Assembly: GCA_016707705.1 (NCBI GenBank)
Contig: JADJHD010000017.1
Span: forward strand, 68,430 to 132,429
DNA: 64,000 nucleotides
Direction of reading: 5' to 3'
Source of the DNA: Bacteroidales bacterium
GTDB taxonomy: Bacteria > Bacteroidota > Bacteroidia > Bacteroidales > UBA4417
This document shows positions 47,501 through 54,672 of the stretch, piece by piece. Position numbers and translations under genes: made by a program. Under the pieces are notes generated by a model. It ran no database searches, was not told the DNA's origin, and worked only from the letters and a program-made list of their open reading frames with translations. How positions within the stretch are numbered: position 1 is the first letter of the stretch; the number at the start of each line of letters is the position of its first letter.

Positions 47501-49027
47501 TCCATAGATACCGCTGCGGCCATCACCACCCTGTACTGGGACTTTGGGGATGGTACGCTGGATACCCTTTATGCTCCTGCCGTTTCGGTGACCCATAAGT
47601 ACTCCACTCCGGGAACCTATACCGCCACCCTTACCGTGGAGGATGCCAACGGGTGCACTTCCACCGTTACTGATTCGGTGCGCAGGGCTCCATGCATCGT
47701 GGCTGCTTACATCGCTTCCGATACCCTGCTCTGCCAGAACTACAGTCTTAATTTCTCCGACCTTTCCACCTGCGACGGAACCATCAGTCAGTGGGTATGG
47801 ACATGGGGAGATACCTCACAGCCGGTATCCTACAATGTGTATCAGGCACTAACGCCTCATACCTTCACCCAGCCCGGTACTTTCCTTGTCAAACTGAAAG
47901 TCACCACCCTGGTGGGGGGAACACCTGTTTCAGACTCCGCTTCGCGTGTGGTCACCGTGGTATCCACTCCGCTGGCAGGCTTCACCACAGAAAATCTCTG
48001 CCTGAACCAGCCTGCACAGTTCACCGATACCTCGCAGTCCAACGGTGCCACTTTGCTTACCTACCGCTGGCTCTTTGACGATCCGCTCTCGGTATACGAC
48101 ACCGCCGTGGTTCGCAATCCATCCTATACCTATCCTGCTCCCGGAACCTACAATCCGCAGCTGGTGCTCACCAACCAGGCAGGATGCCGCGATACGGCAA
48201 CTACAGCAATCACCGTCTATGGTCTGCCGGCGGCTTCGTTCAACCATTCCCTCTCCTGCGTGGGACAACCCACCCTGTTCTTTGATCATTCCGATCCGTA
48301 TCTCGCCCCGCTCTATTTATGGGGATGGAGGGTATCGGACAGCCTGGACCGCTTTATCGGCACCATGCAGGGAGACAGACCCGAGTTCACCTTTGACTCG
48401 GCAGGTACCTATTACATCCGACTCACCGCTTCAGATACCAACCAGTGTGCCGATACCCTTTCGGCTATTGTGCATACGCGTCCTTCGCCGCTCACCGCTT
48501 TCTCCTACACCGAGAACGTGGATAATGTGCAGGGACAGCTGCAGTTCTCCGATGGTTCCATCGGGGCGGCAGAATACCACTGGGATTTTGGTAACGGGGA
48601 GATATCTCCGGCTCAATCCCCCACCATCACCTATGCTGAGGACGGCAACTACACCATTACCCTTGTGACTCTCAATGAGGACGGATGTTCCGATACTGCA
48701 ACCATGCAGTACAACATGCTCTTCAAAGGGCTATGGGTGCCCAATGCCTTTGCACCGGGTGGAACATGGCAGCAGACAAGACTCTGGAAGCCTGTGGGTG
48801 TTAACCTCGCTTCCTACTCCTGTCAGGTGTACAACTCTCATGGTATGCTCATCTGGGAGTCAAAACTGCTGGATGACAAGGGTGCTCCTTCCGAATACTG
48901 GGACGGTACCTTCAAGGACCATCCCGTGCAGCAGGATGTATACGTGTGGAAGATACAGGCCATCTTCCGCGATGGTACCATCTGGGATAATAAAGATGTA
49001 GGCGAGCATGAAGGTATGCATGGGGAA
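43856..49027 (+). repeat. Copy B of the ~5.15-kb near-identical segment
   Basis: See 30387..35540. This copy is intact in frame from 44550 to the stop codon. Confidence 0.9.
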
Positions 49028-49057
49028 GTCTATGGAAATATCGTGCTGATACGCTAG
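44576..49057 (+). CDS. Giant paralog 2, C-terminal part (about 16 PKD domains + T9SS type-B sorting domain)
   Basis: The ORF track lists 44426, but sense (homology to gene 1) begins after 44549. ATG 44576 (MNVFGAPTSDFYSSGHCLG) overlaps the upstream TGA as ATGA. Ends LFKGLWVPNAFAPGG...YWDGTFKDHPVQQDVYVWKIQAIFRDG...VYGNIVLIR. Confidence 0.8.
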   Translation: MNVFGAPTSDFYSSGHCLGDAVHFTDISTTTANQSISSWSWTFGDPTSGIFNTSDLQNPTHTYAAAGNYTVSLKTYTANGCHDSVAYQLTILPLPVADFVFEAACQGNPAQFNPSGMALGTIASWFWNFGDGNTSTLQAPSHIYTFAGTYSVTLSVTDTSGCSRSVTHPLTIVTPPVVNFDFNSPNCDDMAVQFNDLSTAPAGYIVRWTWDFGDGNTQSITFPSTASVSHTYTQGGTFNVSLWVKTSDSCSSLLSKTLTVLPKPSADFNHGSACLGASVSFTDASLSNTTGGITTWNWNFGDPTSGTFNSSTLQNPTHIFNTAGTYSVKLKVFIAGGCYDSIIMPVVVTPPPTVDFSAVAGCGGDTTSFTSSALVNVPATQSWYWSFGDGLYSTLVDPVHIYAMAGTYTVSLTITDTAGCINTKTNSITVTAGPTANFSFSTPACSSTAVTFTDLGNANGTTLNLWHWTFGDGSDTTFTTYHPTLTHTYSQPGTFIVSLSLSTQEGCTATVQIPLSISPAPLTDFDFTNTCQALPTQFTDLTSLNGGTILISHAWDFGDPSSGSANTSTAASPVHTFTAPGTYTVTLITQNASGCADTLDKPVTVVPKPGVEFFTDSLTCLGSMTTFFTDTIITPVGAVQAFNWNFGDGTASSNLQNPTHTYTVAGTFNVTLSIADTSGCQNIISHPVTIHNAPSSSFTFLSACAEAATQFTDLSLAPAGDTLVSWYWDFNLASPGTDTSALQNPTHTYILPGTYTVSLTTKTEHGCSDTKTMPLQVWNKPTAHFKYTASPCANGLVQFQDSSWSYQATVTSWNWEFEPYQYGTGQNPTHSYYAVDSCYDVKLMITDLRGCVDTLIKPVCVPPQLTATFTYQQACFSQPMTFSPQLLTPPPAQDSLITFSWNFGDPASGNQNNSTQKHPSHIYSAPGFYTINFTTTDMFGCQATDYQSVQVHALPVAVFSYDPGSCDSTLTFTSASIDTAAAITTLYWDFGDGTLDTLYAPAVSVTHKYSTPGTYTATLTVEDANGCTSTVTDSVRRAPCIVAAYIASDTLLCQNYSLNFSDLSTCDGTISQWVWTWGDTSQPVSYNVYQALTPHTFTQPGTFLVKLKVTTLVGGTPVSDSASRVVTVVSTPLAGFTTENLCLNQPAQFTDTSQSNGATLLTYRWLFDDPLSVYDTAVVRNPSYTYPAPGTYNPQLVLTNQAGCRDTATTAITVYGLPAASFNHSLSCVGQPTLFFDHSDPYLAPLYLWGWRVSDSLDRFIGTMQGDRPEFTFDSAGTYYIRLTASDTNQCADTLSAIVHTRPSPLTAFSYTENVDNVQGQLQFSDGSIGAAEYHWDFGNGEISPAQSPTITYAEDGNYTITLVTLNEDGCSDTATMQYNMLFKGLWVPNAFAPGGTWQQTRLWKPVGVNLASYSCQVYNSHGMLIWESKLLDDKGAPSEYWDGTFKDHPVQQDVYVWKIQAIFRDGTIWDNKDVGEHEGMHGEVYGNIVLIR

Positions 49058-49076
49058 GAAATAGTAGTTTTGCGGC

Positions 49077-49820
49077 ATGGGAATGGACTTCATTGTTGGG
49101 ATCGACGATACTGATAACCTTGAAAGCCGGGGAACCGGCCATAGGGCAAGAATGCTTGGACTCGGACTGATGGAATCTTCCATCGCCGAGTTAACGAGCA
49201 TTACCCGCCATCAGCTGTTTGTAAGTCCGCTGATTCCCTACACCTCACACAACAGCTCAGCCAGCCTTGTGTTTAAAGGGGTTAAGGACAAAAACCTACT
49301 TATTGATTATTGCAGGAATTTCCTGCTCAGGGAAAGTGCCGAAGGCTCGGATGCAGGTTTGTGCATTGCAGAAACTGAAGTCATTGGTAAAGCTGTTCAG
49401 GAATGGGGAAGAAAAGCAAAGAGCATTGTTCTGAAAATGGATGATGCAAAAGACCTTGCCAATAAGTCAGGTATCTTCCTGGAAGGACTAACCGGTGAAA
49501 AATGCGGAATAATCGGAGCTCTGGCAGCAGTTGGGCTCAGAAAAGAAGGCAATGACGGAAGACTTCTATGGCTCCGGCACCTCCGGGAAACATCGGGATT
49601 GTTTACGGTTGCAGAAATAAAGCAGCGTCTGTTACTTGACCAGGTTCTGGATATGGATCTGAATCCCGTTGCCTCAAACGAAACAGTCCTGATTGGTGAC
49701 TGGTCAAGGCCGGTTATGATGAATAATTCAATTACACTCCTTTTACAAAAGAATCATACTAATGAAGAACCAGCCTACACAAGCGCTCCAAAAGAGTTTA
49801 TCAAAAGTATTTCCGGATAA
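49077..49820 (+). CDS. Hypothetical cytoplasmic protein resembling the N-terminal (kinase-like) domain of archaeal tRNA-Ile2 agmatidine synthetase TiaS
   Basis: 247 aa with no signal peptide. FIVGIDDTDNLESRG, PLIPYTSHNSSASLVF and GIIGALAAVGL resemble, from memory, the TiaS motifs VGIDDTDS, P(T)IPYKTRGNGAVSFLV and GLIGALAAVGA. No OB fold or zinc ribbon follows. It starts 20 nt after the giant gene 2 stop. Confidence 0.45.
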   Translation: MGMDFIVGIDDTDNLESRGTGHRARMLGLGLMESSIAELTSITRHQLFVSPLIPYTSHNSSASLVFKGVKDKNLLIDYCRNFLLRESAEGSDAGLCIAETEVIGKAVQEWGRKAKSIVLKMDDAKDLANKSGIFLEGLTGEKCGIIGALAAVGLRKEGNDGRLLWLRHLRETSGLFTVAEIKQRLLLDQVLDMDLNPVASNETVLIGDWSRPVMMNNSITLLLQKNHTNEEPAYTSAPKEFIKSISG

Positions 49821-50328
49821 CAGGGTCCAGTTGCTTGCAGAGATTCTGTTCCTGATGATTTCAGGAATCATTGGTATAGTGCTTCATGCCAAGCTCAAAG
49901 TCCCGCTGCACCTGCCAGGGAAGCAGGGACTTCTCTTTATGTTCATCATTATCGGAATGTCGCAGTTATCGAGATTCCGCTTCTCAACTCTATTGGCTAC
50001 TTCAGGATCAGCGCTGCTGCTTCTGACAGGTTATGGCGGATTTGAAGATCCTTTCATGCCTCTTCATTATCTGTTACTGGGATTGATCATGGACCTGCTG
50101 ATGAGTCCGGATTCTGTTAAAACCAAGGCTCCCTGGTATCTCGGAGTTGCCGGAGGTCTTGCCTACGCAGTGATTCCTTTCGACAGGGCAATCATTACCC
50201 TTGTTACCGGACTTCCATTCCATTCCTTAATGAACGGAATAATATTCCCGGTATTTACACATTTTTTGTTTGGTTTCTTTGGAAGCTTCCTTGCCGGAAT
50301 GGCAGTAAAAACACTATCAGAAAAGTAA
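49762..50328 (+). CDS. Hypothetical multi-pass membrane protein (about 5-6 TM)
   Basis: 188-aa ORF overlapping the upstream gene by 59 nt if ATG 49762 is used (a later TTG/ATG start is possible). Hydrophobic segments LLAEILFLMISGIIGIVL, LLFMFIIIGM, ALLLLTGYGG, LLLGLIMDLL, YLGVAGGLAYAVIP, FPVFTHFLFGFFGSFLAGMAV. Confidence 0.55.
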   Translation: MKNQPTQALQKSLSKVFPDNRVQLLAEILFLMISGIIGIVLHAKLKVPLHLPGKQGLLFMFIIIGMSQLSRFRFSTLLATSGSALLLLTGYGGFEDPFMPLHYLLLGLIMDLLMSPDSVKTKAPWYLGVAGGLAYAVIPFDRAIITLVTGLPFHSLMNGIIFPVFTHFLFGFFGSFLAGMAVKTLSEK

Positions 50329-50373
50329 TAGCTGCCGGATGCCATCCTTACTTCCATTTCTACCAAAGCCTTT

Positions 50374-51252
50374 GTGCATATGAGAGCATCTATCCTTTTG
50401 CTGCTGTCCATTGCAACAGAACTTCTTCTGTTTTCCGGGTGCAGGGAGGAACAGCGAACCGATGAATCCCCCTTTATCCGACAACTTCCGGTGAATGGTG
50501 TAATTACCTATGATACAGCCTTGCCCCCGGGAGGTTCCCTGATGGTTTCCATTGAGGCTTTAGGCGGAGGAAGCAATATCACTTATTTTGGAATCAGCAT
50601 GTTCGACGGGCAGCAGCATTTTGTGCTTGATTCGGGCATGAATCATCCTAATCTGAGCTTTGTGCAGCCTATTTTCAAGGGGAACAGTGTTGAAGAAATC
50701 TGGACCTTCAGCATTATGAACAGGAAACGCGAGAAAGCCTCCATACAAATTCACCTCACTAAAGCCGCAGTTATCAGCTGGGGAAAAATAAACACCTTTG
50801 ATCCCGTTATTCTGAGTGCTCAGGGTAGTAATTCTCCCGGAAGTTTTTTCTCCTTTTCCGATGGGACAGTATTCGATTATCCCTATGCTGAAGCCCATCA
50901 GTCAGCAACTGACCTGATTTATTACGCGGGATTATATGAATCAACATTCTCATCACCTTCCGAAAGTGAAGCACCTGATCATTTCCCTGGAATTTTGAAC
51001 TGGACTTTAAAGAACGAAACCCGCTACGATACCACAGCCTTAACTTCCAATGATTTTTTTCTCAGTTCAAACGACAGTCTTGCACTCGTTTCCTATGAGC
51101 CAGTTAACGGCAAGCGAAAGGCTAAAAATCTGGAGAAGGGAATGGTGATAGTATTCAGGAATCAAGCAGGTAAAGCCGGACTTATCTATGTGAAAGATAT
51201 ATTGCCGGGATCTGAAGGAAAAATAGAATGTGCAATAAAAATCCAGGAATGA
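50374..51252 (+). CDS. Hypothetical lipoprotein
   Basis: MHMRASILLLLSIATELLLFSGC has a lipobox-like LFSGC. 292 aa with no recognised family. Its stop overlaps the next gene's start (ATGA at 51249-51252). Confidence 0.6.
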   Translation: MHMRASILLLLSIATELLLFSGCREEQRTDESPFIRQLPVNGVITYDTALPPGGSLMVSIEALGGGSNITYFGISMFDGQQHFVLDSGMNHPNLSFVQPIFKGNSVEEIWTFSIMNRKREKASIQIHLTKAAVISWGKINTFDPVILSAQGSNSPGSFFSFSDGTVFDYPYAEAHQSATDLIYYAGLYESTFSSPSESEAPDHFPGILNWTLKNETRYDTTALTSNDFFLSSNDSLALVSYEPVNGKRKAKNLEKGMVIVFRNQAGKAGLIYVKDILPGSEGKIECAIKIQE

Positions 51253-53564
51253 TGCGTACTAAGTCACTGTGGATTATTGCAAGCCTCATCTGTTTATTCG
51301 GCATACTGAAGTCCGAAGCACAAATTACCCTTTCGGGAACGATACTGGATTCAATTACCCGAAAACCCTTACCGAACACCAATATCGTTGTTGAGCAGGA
51401 ATCAAGGGGAGCTGTGACCGATGAATCGGGTAACTTTAAAATCAACAATCTTAAAACGGGACACATCTCTTTAAGAATCTCTCATCTTTCGCATGAAGAG
51501 ATCAAATTGAGCCTCAATCTGGAGACCTCCACAGTTTTGCCTGTTATCCTGCTGAAGCCAAGAGCCATTCAGCTTGAACATGTGTTTATCACTGCCGACC
51601 GCCTCAGGAAAAGATCGGATGAAGTCCCGGCAGCCTTGTACTCCATTGATGGCAGGAAAGCACAGGTGTATTCCGTTCATAATGCTGACGAGCTTTTCAT
51701 GACGATTCCCGGTATCAGGATTGATCGCGACAGGGGCATATTCTCAAAGAATTCCAGCATCAGCATGAGAGGGCTGAATGGCAGCGCAAGAACACTGGTA
51801 CTTCTCGATGGTGCTCCCATTAATAAAGCAGATGGTGCAGGAATTAACTGGAACCGCATAGATCCCGACAATATTGAACGCATCGAAGTGATGAAAGGTC
51901 CCAATTCAACCATTTATGGCAGCAATGCAATGGCTGGAGTTGTAAATATCATAACCGCTAAAGATGTTTCGCCATTCCGCATGAGGGTAAAGACTTTCTA
52001 TGGAACCTATGAAACCTGTGGGGGAAGCATTGCAGGAAGCGGTTCCAGAATAAGGGATGGTAAAGGTTGGTATTGGTCAGCCAACAACTTCTACAGGAGA
52101 GGAAATGGCTATATCCCCATTGCAGATTCCCTTCGGGATACACTGGATGCAAAAACCTATTTGTCGGAAGTGGGAAGTGGCCTTCGTCTGGGATATCAAT
52201 TCAGCAAGAATCAGAGTCTGGAGGTAGAATACAACTATTACTGGGATAAACGTGGTGACGGTACTTTCATATTTGAACCGGGGGGCAGCTACAATCAATA
52301 TCCTTCACATTTCACCCGATTGAACTACAAATCAGTGAAGGGCAAGTGGCAAACCAATGCCAATGCCTTCTTTCAGCTTGAACATTATAAACGGCAAAAC
52401 GAAACCATTAAAAAGCAAACCGGGAAATACACTCTCTATCAAACAGACTCGAAAAGAGTGGATGCCGGACTCTGGATGACAGCAGCCAGAATACTTAAGC
52501 ATGATCGCAGGTTGATAGCGGGACTCGATTTCAAGAAAGGGAGTGTGAATGCTAGCGACATCTACTATTCTTCCACTGATATCCTTACCAATAAAGGCCA
52601 GATGGACCTTGGCGCTGTCTTCCTTCAACTCGAATCACCGCTCCCTGTTAAACATTTGAGTGTGGAAGCCGGCATCAGAATGGATGCAGCCCGATTCCAT
52701 GGTGGAAGTTTCACCATCGAAGATCCTACAGCCCTCACTGAATTCATGTCCTACTACCCTACGAATTTCAAGGACTCTGTTTGGATAGCTGCTAGTCCAC
52801 GCGTAGCCCTGCTTTACAGGCCACATTCCTGGCTGAAAACCTATCTGAGTTTTGCCCATGGATTCCGCCCTCCAACTCTTGACGATATGTGCCGGAATGG
52901 CAATATCACCAAGGGATTCAAAATGGCAAACCCCGCTCTTGCACCGGAACATCTGGATAATTTTGAAGCCGGTTACTCTTTTCGCTTAGGAAGCAAGCTT
53001 GAGATCAGTCAAAGTATCTTCTTTTCAGCCGGAAAGGATTTTCAGTATTTTGTAGCAAATGGTGATTCTGTTTATACCGGAGGCAACAACCTGAAACCTG
53101 TTCTTCAGAGGCAAAATATCAGCAAGGCTCATTGCCTGGGCACAGAAATCAGCGCTATAGTCACACTGAATCAATACTTCTACGGTTTTGTAAATTATGC
53201 CTATAGCCATTCAGTGATTGCATCATCAGAAAACAGCGCAGGCAAAAGCCTTGAAGGCAAAAGGTTGATGGAAGTCCCGGAAAACCAGGCATCGGCAGGT
53301 GTTGAATACCGGTATAAATGGTTTATGGCTGGAATCAACTATGCTTATACAGGAAAAATATTTGCCGATGACGACAATCTCGTTGTAAACCCAGCCAGAA
53401 ATGAAACCGGACTTCGGATCTCATTCAATTACCATGAAAAAACCTACCTCGGAATCAGCGTCAATGATTTATTCAACCACCGGTACATCGATAGCAAAGG
53501 CAATATCTCACCCGGCAGATTCATAATGTGCAGTTTGGTTTGGAAATTTGAGTCCGGATTATAA
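51249..53564 (+). CDS. TonB-dependent receptor (CarboxypepD_reg domain + plug + barrel)
   Basis: ATG 51249 gives MMRTKSLWIIASLICLFGILKSEAQ. ITLSGTILDS...PLPNTNIVV...TDESGNFKINNLKTGHISLRISHLSHEE. Plug motifs SISMRGLNGSARTLVLLDGAPIN and IERIEVMKGPNSTIYGSNAMAGVVNI. Confidence 0.85.
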   Translation: MMRTKSLWIIASLICLFGILKSEAQITLSGTILDSITRKPLPNTNIVVEQESRGAVTDESGNFKINNLKTGHISLRISHLSHEEIKLSLNLETSTVLPVILLKPRAIQLEHVFITADRLRKRSDEVPAALYSIDGRKAQVYSVHNADELFMTIPGIRIDRDRGIFSKNSSISMRGLNGSARTLVLLDGAPINKADGAGINWNRIDPDNIERIEVMKGPNSTIYGSNAMAGVVNIITAKDVSPFRMRVKTFYGTYETCGGSIAGSGSRIRDGKGWYWSANNFYRRGNGYIPIADSLRDTLDAKTYLSEVGSGLRLGYQFSKNQSLEVEYNYYWDKRGDGTFIFEPGGSYNQYPSHFTRLNYKSVKGKWQTNANAFFQLEHYKRQNETIKKQTGKYTLYQTDSKRVDAGLWMTAARILKHDRRLIAGLDFKKGSVNASDIYYSSTDILTNKGQMDLGAVFLQLESPLPVKHLSVEAGIRMDAARFHGGSFTIEDPTALTEFMSYYPTNFKDSVWIAASPRVALLYRPHSWLKTYLSFAHGFRPPTLDDMCRNGNITKGFKMANPALAPEHLDNFEAGYSFRLGSKLEISQSIFFSAGKDFQYFVANGDSVYTGGNNLKPVLQRQNISKAHCLGTEISAIVTLNQYFYGFVNYAYSHSVIASSENSAGKSLEGKRLMEVPENQASAGVEYRYKWFMAGINYAYTGKIFADDDNLVVNPARNETGLRISFNYHEKTYLGISVNDLFNHRYIDSKGNISPGRFIMCSLVWKFESGL

Positions 53565-53649
53565 TTCAATCCAGCCAAAAACAAAGCATAATCATTCGGT
53601 TAAATAACATTCCTCAACACTTCAACTTATCAGTACTCCTAAAAATAAA

Positions 53650-53679
53650 GTTCCCCGCATCCTTTCGGGTACGGGGAAC
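53650..53679. terminator. Hairpin terminator between the convergent TonB-dependent receptor and yceI-like genes (T-run on the minus-strand reading)
   Basis: Stem gttccccg (53650-53657) / cggggaac (53672-53679). aaaaataaa precedes it on the + strand, which is a T-tract for the minus-strand transcript. Confidence 0.55.
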
Positions 53680-53828
53680 TGAGTTACGGTAATGAGCCGT
53701 TGAGAACACGAGCAATTTAGCTTACAAGTAGGTTTGGCTGAAGTAGTTGATTACGAGTTTGGGCAGCAGATTATTGAGTTTCCGGGATTATTGGCCGGAC
53801 GAGAGTTACTTAAGCCAATTCGAATATT

Positions 53829-54380
53829 TTAGTTCAGTTTGTCCATCGGGACAGTTACGTCAATCTGAATAGATTCAGCAATATTTTTCACAACAGCCTT
53901 GGGAATGCTGATGTTATAATCCTTAAGAAGAACTGTGAATGTTGATTTACCGATAACCTTGCCATTCTTTACTTCAAAAGTTCCATTGACTTTGATCTTA
54001 TTGGTAACACCATGCATGGTGAGATCTCCTTCTACAACGGCCTTGTAGGTTCCATCCTTGGCAAAATTGATTTCCTTGATATTGGTTACCTTGCCATTGA
54101 AGGTTGAATTGGGATAGATATCCGACTGCATGTAATTCTCATTGAAATGCTCCTGCATAAGGGCTTTTTCAAATTCGAAGGACTTGATAAGCAGCTTGAA
54201 GACGAAATTACCGGTGCTGATGTCCAATGCACTGTTTACCTGATGATTGTAGGCTTCTATTTTTTCCATCTGACCATCGGAGTAAAAGCGGATTGTTCCG
54301 TTCTTGGTCATATACTTCTGTGCAAATGTGAAAGAAGAAATCAGCATCAAAATAGCTGAAACAATAATCAATTTTTTCAT
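53829..54380 (-). CDS. YceI-like (polyisoprenoid-binding) periplasmic protein
   Basis: 183 aa. Signal peptide MKKLIIVSAILMLISSFTFAQ. FKLLIKSFEFE...MQEHFNENYMQSDIYPNSTFNGKV...GDLTMHGVTNKIKV fits the YceI pattern. Paralog of 61723..62274. Confidence 0.7.
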   Translation of the reverse strand: MKKLIIVSAILMLISSFTFAQKYMTKNGTIRFYSDGQMEKIEAYNHQVNSALDISTGNFVFKLLIKSFEFEKALMQEHFNENYMQSDIYPNSTFNGKVTNIKEINFAKDGTYKAVVEGDLTMHGVTNKIKVNGTFEVKNGKVIGKSTFTVLLKDYNISIPKAVVKNIAESIQIDVTVPMDKLN

Positions 54381-54645
54381 TTTATCGTGTTCTATTGGTT
54401 TAGGCTTAGTTTCTTAACGCGGCAAAGTAACAACCAACCTTTAGGGATTGTAAACAAATTAAGACGAACAAGCATTTGGAGTTGCTGAACAGGTAAATTC
54501 GGGGACGAATAATTCAATCTTGGTCTCAATTTGTCTGTTCACTTCAGGAAGTACAACAGTTAATAGCTTATTTCCAAAAAGGTATAGAACAATTTCATAA
54601 AAATGCAGAATGTAAATAGTTTGTCCACGAAAAGAAGGAAAACTC

Positions 54646-54653
54646 TAATTTTG
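54646..54653 (+). promoter_or_regulatory. Bacteroidota-type -7 promoter motif (TAnnTTTG) for 54673..56670
   Basis: taattttg lies 20 nt upstream of ATG 54673. Confidence 0.45.
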
Positions 54654-54672
54654 AGTCAGAAAAAAAGCTGAA

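Noticed and set aside
26000-49000. Numerous 60-200-aa ORFs in alternative frames and antisense inside the giant genes (for example 29692..30243(-), 31555..32058(-), 45586..46146(+), 46982..47596(-), 48045..48668(+))
   Set aside because: They are shadow ORFs, favoured by the repetitive, codon-biased PKD coding sequence. Their products are low-complexity (Pro/Gly/His/Arg-rich) and duplicated only because the underlying DNA is duplicated.
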